NCBI GenBank assembly: GCA_038255255.1
Contig: JBBSLL010000007.1
Span: 2,334 to 66,333, forward strand
DNA: 64,000 bases
Source: Lysobacterales bacterium
Lineage (GTDB): Bacteria; Pseudomonadota; Gammaproteobacteria; Xanthomonadales; Ahniellaceae
Direction: 5' to 3'
The notes under the pieces are model-generated. The model was given only the letters and a program-made list of their open reading frames with translations. It ran no database searches and was not told the origin of the DNA. A program made the position numbers and the translations under genes. Shown here one piece after another: positions 29,673-38,507 of the stretch; positions within the stretch are counted from its first letter, which is position 1, and every line of letters begins with the position of its first letter.

Positions 29673-29834
29673 AGCCGAGCAAGCTCGGCTCTACAGGAGC
29701 CGGCCAGATCGACCTGTAGAGCGGAGCTTGCTCCGCTGACGCAGGAGCCGGCCAGATCCGCCTGTAGAGCGGAGCTTGCCCCGCTGACGCAGGAGCCGGA
29801 CAGATCCGCCTGTAGAGCGGAGCTTGCTCCGCTG
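29673..29834. repeat. REP family B array: one inverted copy plus 3 tandem copies with 48-bp period
   Basis: Inverted copy agccgagcaagctcggctctacag (29673-29696). Tandem units begin at 29714, 29762 and 29810, each ctgtagagcggagcttgc(t/c)ccgct plus the identical spacer gacgcaggagccgg(c/a)cagatccgc. Confidence 0.9.
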
Positions 29835-29846
29835 CTTTGCAAGCGT

Positions 29847-31187
29847 TCAGAGGATGTAGCGGCTGAGGTCTTCGTCGGAGACCAGGCCCTTGAGCTGCGC
29901 ATCGACATAAGCGGCGTCGATCTCGTGGGTACTCCCCGACTGCTCGGTGGCATCGAACGACACCGTGTCGAGCAGCCGCTCCAGCACCGTCGCGAGGCGA
30001 CGCGCGCCGATATTTTCCTGGCGCTCGTTGAGCTGGTGCGCAATCTGCGCGAGCCGTCGCACGCCGTCGGAGGTGAACCGCACCGTGACGCCCTCCGTGC
30101 CCAGCAGGGCCTCGTACTGTTTGGTCAGCGCGGCCTGCGGCTCAGTGAGGATGCGTTCGAGGTCCTCGACCGTGAGCGCGTTCAACTCCACGCGAATCGG
30201 GAAGCGGCCCTGCAGTTCGGGAATGAGGTCCGACGGCTTGGCAACGTGGAACGCGCCGGATGCGATGAACAGGATATGGTCGGTCTTGATGGTTCCGTGG
30301 CGCGTGGTGACGGTGGAGCCTTCGACCAGCGGCAACAGGTCGCGCTGCACGCCCTCACGCGAGACGCCCGCGCCATGCCAGTCGCCGCGCTGGCAGACCT
30401 TGTCGATCTCGTCGAGGAACACGATACCGTTCTGCTCGCAGTTCTCCAGCGCGAGCTGCTTGACCTCTTCCTCGTTGACGAGACGCGCGGCTTCCTCGTC
30501 GGCGAGCAGGGGTCGCGCGGCCTTGACCGTCAGCTTGCGCTTGTTCTTCTTCTGGTCCGCGAGGGACGAGAACATCTGGCGCAGCTGCTGCGTCATCTCT
30601 TCCATGCCCGGCGGCGCCATGATCTCGACGCCGACGTTCATGGAGACTTCGATCTCGATTTCACGTTCGTCGAGCCTGCCGTCGCGCAGCTGCTGCCGGA
30701 GCTTCTCGCGCGTGTCGTTGTGCTCGGCAGGCGCGGGCTGGTCCTCGCCCCACACGCGTACCGCCGCCTGCGCGCGCGGGAGCAGCGCATCGAGGATGCG
30801 CTCCTCGGCAGCCTTCTCCGCGCCTTCGCGGACTTTTGCCTTGGCGGCATCGCGCGCCATCTTGACCGCCGCGTCTGCGAGGTCGCGGATGATGGTCTCG
30901 ACGTCCTTGCCGACGTAGCCAACCTCGGTGAACTTCGTCGCCTCCACCTTGACGAACGGCGCGTCCGCAAGTTGTGCGAGGCGGCGCGCGATCTCGGTCT
31001 TGCCGACGCCCGTGGGGCCGATCATCAGGATGTTCTTCGGCATGACTTCGCGCCGCAGCTCGGGCTCGAGCTGCATGCGCCGCCAGCGGTTGCGCAGCGC
31101 TATGGCAACGGCGCGCTTGGCGTTGTGCTGGCCGACGATGTGGCGATCGAGTTCGGCGACGATTTGCTGCGGGGTCTGTGCGGGCAT
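29847..31187 (-). CDS. hslU: ATP-dependent protease ATPase subunit HslU
   Basis: 446 aa. Starts [20 protein letters not shown], has Walker [16 protein letters not shown], and ends RYIL. Confidence 0.97.
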   Translation of the reverse strand: MPAQTPQQIVAELDRHIVGQHNAKRAVAIALRNRWRRMQLEPELRREVMPKNILMIGPTGVGKTEIARRLAQLADAPFVKVEATKFTEVGYVGKDVETIIRDLADAAVKMARDAAKAKVREGAEKAAEERILDALLPRAQAAVRVWGEDQPAPAEHNDTREKLRQQLRDGRLDEREIEIEVSMNVGVEIMAPPGMEEMTQQLRQMFSSLADQKKNKRKLTVKAARPLLADEEAARLVNEEEVKQLALENCEQNGIVFLDEIDKVCQRGDWHGAGVSREGVQRDLLPLVEGSTVTTRHGTIKTDHILFIASGAFHVAKPSDLIPELQGRFPIRVELNALTVEDLERILTEPQAALTKQYEALLGTEGVTVRFTSDGVRRLAQIAHQLNERQENIGARRLATVLERLLDTVSFDATEQSGSTHEIDAAYVDAQLKGLVSDEDLSRYIL

Positions 31188-31205
31188 GGTTTCTTTGTCT
31201 GTGTT

Positions 31206-31281
31206 GTAGGTCAGGTCGGCTCGCCGACCTGACGGAATTTCGCGAAGACCTGGGTCAGGTCGCGGCAGCGACCTGACCTAC
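31206..31281. repeat. REP family A doublet between hslV and hslU
   Basis: gtaggtcaggtcggctcgccgacctgac (31206-31233) and gtcaggtcgcggcagcgacctgacctac (31254-31281). Confidence 0.85.
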
Positions 31282-31303
31282 GGGACCGCGATCCTGCGGA
31301 TCA

Positions 31304-31849
31304 TCAAAGGGTTTCGATGGTGTGCGAGTGGTTGGTGTAGATGCAGATGTCGCCGGCGATCTTGAGCGCACGCTCGACGATCTCCTGCGCGGAAAGCTCG
31401 GTACTCTCGAGCAGCGCCTTGGCTGCGGCTTGCGCATAGGGTCCGCCCGAGCCGATCGCGATCAGCCCGTGCTCCGGCTCGAGCACATCGCCCTGGCCGG
31501 TAATGATCAGCGACGTGTCGCGATCGGCCACCGCGAGCAGCGCCTCGAGCTTTCCCAGGCGGCGCTCGGTGCGCCAGTCCTTGGCGAGTTCCACTGCGGC
31601 GCGCGTGAGCTGGCCGTTGTGCTTCTCGAGCTTGGCTTCGAACAGTTCGAACAAGGTGAAAGCATCGGCGGTCGCGCCCGCAAAGCCCGCCAGCACATCA
31701 CCCTTGGCGAGCCTGCGCACCTTGCGCGCGTTCGACTTCATGATGGTGTTGCCGAGCGTGACCTGCCCGTCGCCGCCGAGCGCGACCTTGCCGTCGCGGC
31801 GGATGGAAACGATGGTGGTGCCGTAAAACGAATCGGGGCGATGCTGCAT
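31304..31849 (-). CDS. hslV: ATP-dependent protease subunit HslV
   Basis: ATG 31849. [23 protein letters not shown] core, preceded by a 10-residue N-terminal extension ([10 protein letters not shown]) with no closer alternative start codon. RBS GGAGG. Confidence 0.95.
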   Translation of the reverse strand: MQHRPDSFYGTTIVSIRRDGKVALGGDGQVTLGNTIMKSNARKVRRLAKGDVLAGFAGATADAFTLFELFEAKLEKHNGQLTRAAVELAKDWRTERRLGKLEALLAVADRDTSLIITGQGDVLEPEHGLIAIGSGGPYAQAAAKALLESTELSAQEIVERALKIAGDICIYTNHSHTIETL

Positions 31850-31873
31850 GGAACCTCCGCGAGCGAATCCCCG

Positions 31874-31901
31874 ACATGGGGTCGACGCCCTGCGGCTCAA
31901 G
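31874..31901 (-). promoter_or_regulatory. Sigma-32 (RpoH)-type heat-shock promoter for hslVU
   Basis: The minus strand reads CTTGAGC-N13-CCCCATGT, against consensus CTTGAAA-N13/14-CCCCATNT. The -10 element ends ~25 nt upstream of the hslV ATG. Confidence 0.6.
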
Positions 31902-32000
31902 CGCCCGCCCATCACGCGAGCAAATCGGAGCTCCGCCAAGTGTCGAGCCACGGCCAGCGGACCATTCACGCTACGGGGTTGGCAATGTGTTCGTGCAGGT

Positions 32001-32759
32001 TCACGCAAAGGCGAGCTTGCCGGCGGCGACGAGGAGCACCAGGGCGAGCACGCGACGGAGGTTGGGCGTGCCGAGCCCGCCGCGTCCGAGCGCAGTACCG
32101 ATGAGCGCGCCCACGGCGACGGCGGCGGCCCAGATCGGCATCGCCTGCGGCCACGTCGCCGGGAGCGCACCCTGCCAGGCGATTGAGCCCAGCCCCGCGA
32201 GGGAGTTGGCGAGCACGAAAACAACGGATGTACCGGCGGCGATGCGCGTGGTGGCGAAGCGCCCGAACAGCAGCAGCGGCGTGAGGAAGATCGCGCCGCC
32301 GGTTCCGGTAAGCCCGGCCACGATGCCGATGGCGGCGCCGATCAGGAGTCCGAGCATCCAGTGCAGCGGACGCAGGGGCGTGGATGATTCCGCGAATCCG
32401 GTGCGGCTGGCGGTGCGTGCGAGTTCGATCGCCGCCCAGACCAGCAGTGCCGCGAGCAGTTGTTTGTAGACATGGGGCGCGATGGGCAGGGAGGCACCGA
32501 ACCACGCGAGCGGCATCCCGCCGAGAACCAGCGGCCACACGTCGCGCCACGGGATCAGCCGCGCACGCGCGAACCGGAAGCAGCCGATCGATCCCACGAG
32601 AATGTTGAGCGCCAGCGCGGTGGGCTTGATGGTTTCGGGCGCAATCCCGAACAGCGCCATGGCGGCGATGTAACCCGACGCGCCCGCGTGCCCAACTGCC
32701 GCGTACAGCGCCGCGGTCACCAGGAACAACACCGCCAACGCGATCTCGACGCGACTCAC
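32001..32759 (-). CDS. TauE/SafE family sulfite/anion exporter-like membrane protein
   Basis: GTG 32759 overlaps the xerC stop (GTGA). ~252 aa, 7-8 TM, with internal duplication and Gly-rich motifs ([17 protein letters not shown]). Confidence 0.85.
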   Translation of the reverse strand: MSRVEIALAVLFLVTAALYAAVGHAGASGYIAAMALFGIAPETIKPTALALNILVGSIGCFRFARARLIPWRDVWPLVLGGMPLAWFGASLPIAPHVYKQLLAALLVWAAIELARTASRTGFAESSTPLRPLHWMLGLLIGAAIGIVAGLTGTGGAIFLTPLLLFGRFATTRIAAGTSVVFVLANSLAGLGSIAWQGALPATWPQAMPIWAAAVAVGALIGTALGRGGLGTPNLRRVLALVLLVAAGKLAFA

Positions 32760-33691
32760 GTCTTGCGGCGTGCTCTTGGGTGCGCCGCGTCGTACACGCG
32801 CGAGAGGTGCTGGAAGTCGAGGTGCGTGTAGATCTGCGTGGTGCCGATGTCGGCGTGGCCCAGCAGTTCCTGCACGGCGCGCAGGTTGCCGCTCGATTCG
32901 AGCATGTGCGAAGCGCAGGCGTGACGCAGCAGGTGGGGGTGCAGACGACGGCCATCGCCGTGCTTGATCGCCCACGCACTCAACCGCGCCTGCACCGAGC
33001 GCGGCGCGATGGGATTGCCCGCGCGACCCGCGAACACCGGTTCGTTCGCGCGATGCGGGGTCTGCGCACGCCAGGCGAGCAACGCGTCGAGCGCCTGCGA
33101 GCCCACGGGTACCACGCGAGTCTTCGAGCCCTTGCCGGTCACGCGCGCGAAGCCGCCCTCGATGTCGAGCTCGCCCCAGCGCAACCCACAGAGCTCCGCG
33201 AGGCGCAGGCCGGATGAGTAGACCAGTTCGAACAGGGCACGATCGCGCACCGCCAGCCGCGAGTCGTCCGGCGCTTCGAGCAGCGCCTTCATCTGGTCCG
33301 CATCGGGCACCTGCGGCAAGCGGCGCGGCGCTTTGGGTGCGCGCAGTCCGGAGGCAACGTTGGCGCGGATGTCGCCCTCCGCAGCGAGCCACGCGAGGAA
33401 ACTGCGTACCGACGAAAGCCGACGCTGCAGGGTGCGCGGCGCGCGACCGGCGCGGTGCAGGCTGGCGACGAAACCGCGCACCTGCTCGCCACTGATGCCA
33501 TCCCACATCACATCCGGCGTCTGTGCATCGATGTGCGCATCGAACCGCGCAAGGTCATCGGCATAAGCCGACAGCGTGTGCGGACTCACGCGCCGCTCGA
33601 CCCGCAGGTAATCGAGGTAGCGCGAAATCGCCGCGGCGCGCGCCGCGGCGGACATCGCGGCATCGGCGGCGGCGATCCGGCCATGGTTCAC
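32756..33691 (-). CDS. xerC: Tyrosine recombinase XerC
   Basis: Core-binding N-domain (YLDYLRVERRVSPHTLSAY) and catalytic residues in contexts SGLRLAEL, HLLRHACASHML and LGHADIGTTQIYTH. Sits in the conserved dapF-DUF484-xerC context. Confidence 0.92.
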   Translation of the reverse strand: MNHGRIAAADAAMSAAARAAAISRYLDYLRVERRVSPHTLSAYADDLARFDAHIDAQTPDVMWDGISGEQVRGFVASLHRAGRAPRTLQRRLSSVRSFLAWLAAEGDIRANVASGLRAPKAPRRLPQVPDADQMKALLEAPDDSRLAVRDRALFELVYSSGLRLAELCGLRWGELDIEGGFARVTGKGSKTRVVPVGSQALDALLAWRAQTPHRANEPVFAGRAGNPIAPRSVQARLSAWAIKHGDGRRLHPHLLRHACASHMLESSGNLRAVQELLGHADIGTTQIYTHLDFQHLSRVYDAAHPRARRKT

Positions 33692-33694
33692 CGG

Positions 33695-34408
33695 CTATCC
33701 GTCCGAGGAATGCGCATCGCCGGCGAAACGCTCGAGGCCCGCGGCGAGCGCGTCGGCGATGAGCTTCAGGAACAGGGTGCCCATGCCGGGATGGAAACGA
33801 TTGGGATCGAGACTGCCGACTGCCAACAGTCCGTGGCCCGGCACGGGGATGAGGGCGCTCGACTTCACGAGCGATGCCCGCTCGCCGAACAGCAACGCCA
33901 TCTGGTCGCTCGAGTGCCGGCCGCATTGCGCTTCGGCCCGCGAAATGAAGTCGGCCAGCGGCGCGAGCTGCCGGGATTCGCGCGGCAGGATCGTCAGCCA
34001 CTCGCTTTCGGGCTGGTCGGCCACCCCGTGAAACAGCAGCACGCACACCAGTTCGGTGTGGAAGTCTTCCGTCAGCGTGGCCACCACGCGGCCCAGCGTG
34101 TCGGCGGCGCTGCGCGCGCGCATCAACGCGAGCGTCAACGCATGCACGCGCCCGACCAGCAGTTCGTTCTCGCCCGCGATCGCAATGAGCTCCTGCAGTC
34201 GCTTGTGCAGGGCGCGGTTCTTGTCGCGCAGCACGTCGAGCTGGTAGCTCGCGAGCGAGGTCGTCGGACCCTGTTCGCGCGGAATGCGCAGGGTCAGGGT
34301 CAACTCGGGGAATCCCGACAGGAAATCCGGATTGCGCCGCAGGAAACTCGCGACTTCGAACGCGGTGACGTCGCGTCGCGGCTGCGTGTCGGTTGCAGTC
34401 TCACTCAT
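33695..34408 (-). CDS. DUF484 (YigA-like, GAF-fold) protein
   Basis: 237 aa, N-terminal VASFLRRNPDFL motif. Located between dapF and xerC as in many proteobacteria. Confidence 0.85.
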   Translation of the reverse strand: MSETATDTQPRRDVTAFEVASFLRRNPDFLSGFPELTLTLRIPREQGPTTSLASYQLDVLRDKNRALHKRLQELIAIAGENELLVGRVHALTLALMRARSAADTLGRVVATLTEDFHTELVCVLLFHGVADQPESEWLTILPRESRQLAPLADFISRAEAQCGRHSSDQMALLFGERASLVKSSALIPVPGHGLLAVGSLDPNRFHPGMGTLFLKLIADALAAGLERFAGDAHSSDG

Positions 34409-35231
34409 GCCAGGAACCTTCGAAAGTAATGGCCGCCGGACCGCTCATCATCATCGGCAAATGCGGATCCGGCCACTCGAGCACCAGACTACCGCCGGGC
34501 AACTCCACCGTCACCCGCGCATCGACCCGATCGCGCATGCGCAGCACCGCGACTGCGGCGCAGGCCCCCGAACCGCAGGCCAGGGTTTCGCCCACGCCGC
34601 GCTCGAACACCCGCAACCGGACGTAGTCACGTTCGACCACTTCGACGAAGCCGACGTTGCAGCGGTCGGCGAAGCGCGGATGCCGCTCGATTTTCGGCCC
34701 GAAACGAACCACTTCGGCGCGGGCGACGTCGTCGACCTCCAGCACCGCATGCGGATTGCCCATCGAGACCGCGCCGATCTCGAGCTTGCGCCCATCGACG
34801 TCGAGCGCATAGCTCGGCGCTGCCGAGGGCGCATCGAACGGGATGTGCTCCGGCACGAAGTCGGGCACGCCCATCCCGACCCGAACCCAGCCCTCGCGCT
34901 CCACGGTCGCGGTCGACACGCCCGCGGGACCGCGCAGCCGCAACGCCTGTCCCACGTGCACCGCGCCTTCGCGCAGCAGCCATGCCGCCACGCAGCGCAC
35001 GCCGTTGCCGCACTGCCCCGCAGTGCTGCCATCGGCATTGAAGATGGAATAACCGAAGTCGCTGCTCTCGTCGCCCGCCTCGATCGTCAGCAGCTGGTCG
35101 AAGCCGACGCCGCGATGCCGATCCGCCATGCGTTGCACCTGCGTCGCGGTCGGCATGGGCTGGCCGGAGCGCCGGTCGATCAGCACGAAATCGTTGCCGA
35201 TTCCGTGCGCCTTGCTGAAGGGAATGCTCAC
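34401..35231 (-). CDS. dapF: Diaminopimelate epimerase
   Basis: GTG 35231 gives VSIPFSKAHGIGNDFVLID. The two catalytic Cys contexts are NADGSTAGQCGNG and GETLACGSGA. The listed 405-aa ORF is an upstream over-extension. Confidence 0.93.
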   Translation of the reverse strand: MSIPFSKAHGIGNDFVLIDRRSGQPMPTATQVQRMADRHRGVGFDQLLTIEAGDESSDFGYSIFNADGSTAGQCGNGVRCVAAWLLREGAVHVGQALRLRGPAGVSTATVEREGWVRVGMGVPDFVPEHIPFDAPSAAPSYALDVDGRKLEIGAVSMGNPHAVLEVDDVARAEVVRFGPKIERHPRFADRCNVGFVEVVERDYVRLRVFERGVGETLACGSGACAAVAVLRMRDRVDARVTVELPGGSLVLEWPDPHLPMMMSGPAAITFEGSWHE

Positions 35232-35350
35232 GCCTGGCGCCGGCTTCTTGCGAAGTACGCCAGGCCGTCGTCGTTCCTTGATTCGTATCGACCTGCCACG
35301 AACTCGAGACCCCGCTGGTGGTGAGCCTGTCGACCCATGGGCGAACTCAC

Positions 35351-35584
35351 TCAGGGAGTTCCGTCTTCGACTTTCGCGTCGCCATCGTCGATCACACGCT
35401 CGGCATCCTGCGAAGCCGGCAGCGCTGCGCTTTCCGCATCTGGAACCTTCGAGGTCGCGACCGACTTGTCGACGGGCACCGCGGGATCGGCCACCACCAG
35501 CGGTCCCTTGTACCCGCAGGAAGCGGCGAGCGCAGTCGTCGCGATCAACGCGGTGATACGCGCAACGCGCAGTGGCGCGCTCAT
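35351..35584 (-). CDS. lptM: Small lipoprotein LptM (YifL-like)
   Basis: 77 aa. Lipobox LAASCG followed by YKGPL. Located immediately upstream of dapF. ATGA overlap with the ptrB stop. Confidence 0.7.
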   Translation of the reverse strand: MSAPLRVARITALIATTALAASCGYKGPLVVADPAVPVDKSVATSKVPDAESAALPASQDAERVIDDGDAKVEDGTP

Positions 35585-37848
35585 GGTGCGGCGCCCGCAG
35601 TGCGCGCGATGTCGCCACGGCCCACGTCGCCCGTATCGACCTGGTCGAGGACGAATGCGTACGCCAGAGCCGTGTCCTCGAATCGCTTGAAGCGGCCCGA
35701 CGCCCCGCCGTGTCCCGCCTCCATCTGAGTACGGAACAGGATCGGCGCGTCGCCGGTGTTCTCGCTTCGCAGGCGCGCCACCCACTTCGCCGGCTCCCAG
35801 TACTGCACCTGCGAATCGTGCAACCCGGTCAGCACCAGCATGGCCGGGTAATCCTGTGCGCGCACGTTGTCGTAGGGCGAGTAACTCAGCATGTAGTCGT
35901 AATAAGGTTTGTTCTTCGGATTGCCCCACTCGTCGAACTCGTTGGTGGTGAGCGGGATGGTCTCGTCGAGCATGGTAGTGACCACGTCCACGAACGGCAC
36001 GTGCGCGATGATGCCGCGATAGTCGTCCGGCGCCATGTTGGCGATCGCGCCCATCAGCAGGCCGCCGGCGCTGCCGCCCTCCGCGAAGACCTTGTCGCGT
36101 GCGATGTACCGGCCGTCTACGAGCGCGCGGGTCGCATCGATGAAATCCGTGAACGTATTCTTCTTGTTGAGCAGGCGCCCCTGCTCGTACCAGGCGCGGC
36201 CCATTTCCTGGCCGCCGCGTATGTGCGGGATGGCAACGACGAATCCGCGATCGACCAGCGACAGCCAGGCCCCCTTGAACGCCGGGTCGCTGCTGATGCC
36301 ATAGGAGCCATAGGAATAGATCAGCGAGGGTGCTCGGCCGTCCTTGGGTAATCCCTTCCGGTACAGCAGCGAGACCGGGATCCTGGCGCCGTCGCGGGCG
36401 TCGATCCAGATGAACTCGGAGGCATATCTGGCCGGATCGAAATCCGTGCCTGCGAAATCCCGCTTCAGGAGCTTGCGCTCTCCGCCCGCCAACGCGACCT
36501 CGAAGGTCGAACCCGGGGTCGTCAGCGAACTGTAGTGATAGCGCAGCGTGGAACTTGCGAGTTCGCGGTTGTCGTCGATGGACATCGTGTAGGCAGGATC
36601 GTCGGCGCCGATCAGCGTGCCCTCGCCACCGCTCCAAGGCGTAATGCGGATGCGCTTGAGACCGCCGGATCGCTCGTTGACGACGAGATGCGACGCGAAC
36701 ACGTCGTAGTCGTCCACGAATACCGCGGGATCGTGCGCCACGACCTCGCGCCACGTGGTCTTGTCCGTCGACGATCGGATCGGCGCGCGCAGCAGGCGGA
36801 AGTTCGGCGCCTGCCAGTTGCTGCGCACGATGAAATCGTCACCGAGGTGCTCGACCTGGTACTCGTGGTCGTCCTCGCGCGCGAGGACCGGCACAAAGCC
36901 GAACGACTTGCCGTCGTTGCGCGCGAACAGCGTCTCGCTCTGTTCGGTCGCGTCGAGATCGATGAAGAGGTACTCGCGCGACTTGCTGGCGCGGATGGCC
37001 ATGTAGTACGTGTCGTCGGCGTTCTCGTACACGACAGCGTCGTCGGCCACCGGGGTCCCGAGCACGTGCCGGCGAACCTTGATGCCCAGCAGGGTCTTCG
37101 GGTCCTTCTCGATGTAGAGCAGCGATCTCGAATCCGCACTCCACAGCACGACCGGCTCCGCGTTGTCGATGACCTCGGGCAGTTCCCTGCCCGTGGCGAG
37201 ATCGCGGAAGCGGATGCGGTACTGCCGGCGGCTGACGGTGTCTTCGCTGAAAGCAAGCACGCGGTCGTCGGGGCTCACTTCGTAATCGCCGAGCCCGTAG
37301 TACGCATGGCCGGCAGCGCGCGCATTGCCGTCGACCAGCACCTGCTCGGGCGCATCGGGCGTGCTGCGGTGGCGAAAGTAGATCGGGTATTCACGGCCCG
37401 GCTCGAAACGGCTGCCGTAGTAATAGCCGCGTTCGAACACGGGCACTGACGCGTCGTCCGGCTTGAGGCGCGCGACCATTTCGTCATATAGCGTCTTGCG
37501 CACCGGCTGGGTGTGCGCGAGCCGCGCGTCGGCGTAGGCATTCTCGGCCTCCAGGTGCGCGAGCACGTCCACGTTCTTGCGCGCGTCGTCGCGCATCCAG
37601 TAGTACTCGTCGACGCGCGTCCCGCTCGGCGATTCGACGTTGTAGGGAACCTGGCGGGCGACAGGCGCATGCATACGGGCCTCGGACATCGTGTTCGGAT
37701 CCTGGACGTGAGGGGTGGCGACGCCGGCAGCCGGGATGTGGTTCGCGCCTTCGCCCACCGGGGGCGACAAGGTCGAACAGGCGGACAGGCAGAGCGTGAC
37801 CGCCGTAAGGATGGACACGCAGCGCGTGCCCGTGCGGAACTGTTTCAA
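35581..37848 (-). CDS. ptrB: S9A prolyl oligopeptidase family protease (oligopeptidase B-like), lipoprotein
   Basis: The putative TTG 37848, with GGAG 8 nt upstream, gives a lipoprotein leader (...ILTAVTLCLSAC). Beta-propeller N-domain and catalytic GGSAGG nucleophile elbow. The start codon is uncertain. Confidence 0.88.
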   Translation of the reverse strand: MKQFRTGTRCVSILTAVTLCLSACSTLSPPVGEGANHIPAAGVATPHVQDPNTMSEARMHAPVARQVPYNVESPSGTRVDEYYWMRDDARKNVDVLAHLEAENAYADARLAHTQPVRKTLYDEMVARLKPDDASVPVFERGYYYGSRFEPGREYPIYFRHRSTPDAPEQVLVDGNARAAGHAYYGLGDYEVSPDDRVLAFSEDTVSRRQYRIRFRDLATGRELPEVIDNAEPVVLWSADSRSLLYIEKDPKTLLGIKVRRHVLGTPVADDAVVYENADDTYYMAIRASKSREYLFIDLDATEQSETLFARNDGKSFGFVPVLAREDDHEYQVEHLGDDFIVRSNWQAPNFRLLRAPIRSSTDKTTWREVVAHDPAVFVDDYDVFASHLVVNERSGGLKRIRITPWSGGEGTLIGADDPAYTMSIDDNRELASSTLRYHYSSLTTPGSTFEVALAGGERKLLKRDFAGTDFDPARYASEFIWIDARDGARIPVSLLYRKGLPKDGRAPSLIYSYGSYGISSDPAFKGAWLSLVDRGFVVAIPHIRGGQEMGRAWYEQGRLLNKKNTFTDFIDATRALVDGRYIARDKVFAEGGSAGGLLMGAIANMAPDDYRGIIAHVPFVDVVTTMLDETIPLTTNEFDEWGNPKNKPYYDYMLSYSPYDNVRAQDYPAMLVLTGLHDSQVQYWEPAKWVARLRSENTGDAPILFRTQMEAGHGGASGRFKRFEDTALAYAFVLDQVDTGDVGRGDIARTAGAAP

Positions 37849-37987
37849 GCGCGGTACTCCGACGAAAGTTCGATCGAAGCGGCATTGTACGTGTGGCCGG
37901 AGAGCGGATTGCGGCGGACCCGGGGGCGGCCCTTGCGGGCCATCGAAACCAGGACCGCGGACCTTCGGATCACGCTTTCGATGCAGC

Positions 37988-38161
37988 CTATCGCCGGGCG
38001 ATGCCCAGCGTGAGCGCGACGAGGCTTGCTGCCGGCAATCCCACCAGCCACAGGGGCAATGCACCAAACCACGTCTGGGCTGCGGAGATGGGCGGGCACG
38101 TGAGCGTGAGCACCAGCCCGCAGGCCAGCCACACGCACAGCGCGCGCGATGCCGAAAACAT
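37988..38161 (-). CDS. Possible small membrane protein (57 aa, two hydrophobic helices)
   Basis: ATG 38161 gives MFSASRALCVWLACGLVLTLT...LPLWLVGLPAASLVALTLGIARR. The longer 105-aa version from 38305 is Arg-rich and unconvincing. No homology recognised. Confidence 0.25.
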   Translation of the reverse strand: MFSASRALCVWLACGLVLTLTCPPISAAQTWFGALPLWLVGLPAASLVALTLGIARR

Positions 38162-38394
38162 AGGCGTGCGCTGCAGCGGCGACGATTCCCCGAGGCGCTG
38201 GCTGTGGGAGCGGCGCCGGTCGCGACGCGGATCCTTCGACTGCAGGCGCCTTCGGGACTGGGACTTCGGCTCGCCAGGCGCCCACCGATCGATTGAAACT
38301 GCCATCGCACGCTCCTCGAAGTTCTCGAGGGGCGAGGCTGCGACGCAGCGATCTCAAGAGCTGCGATGCGAGGCTCCTCCGAGGCGTCAACGGC

Positions 38395-38501
38395 AGCGGA
38401 GCGTAGCTCCGCTCTACAAAAGCTCGATCATCGACGCTGCTGGAGAATCGAGCTTGCCCGCCGTCAACGCCGGCTCTCGTAGAGCCGAGCTGCGCTCGGC
38501 T
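38395..38501. repeat. REP family B pair (inverted plus direct) flanking an 8-bp-stem hairpin
   Basis: agcggagcgtagctccgctctac (38395-38417, inverted) and gtagagccgagctgcgctcggct (38479-38501). Between them lies the stem agctcgat/atcgagct (38421-38428 / 38447-38454). Confidence 0.8.
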
Positions 38502-38507
38502 GATGCT

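Noticed and set aside
29714-29834. Regularly spaced 48-bp repeats that superficially resemble a small CRISPR array
   Set aside because: The 'spacers' between palindromes are nearly identical to each other, so this is a tandem duplication. The repeat is a GTAG-headed REP also found at 38395-38501. No cas genes or leader are present.
29648-30043. 131-aa ORF with a repeated peptide (GASSALQADLxGSCVS x3)
   Set aside because: It is a translation of the REP-B tandem array and the antisense 3' end of hslU, so it is not a gene.
32756-33691. Tyrosine recombinase as a possible marker of an integrated mobile element
   Set aside because: It sits in the conserved chromosomal lptM-dapF-DUF484-xerC arrangement with overlapping stop/start codons. 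This identifies it as the housekeeping XerC. No att-like repeats or phage genes flank it.
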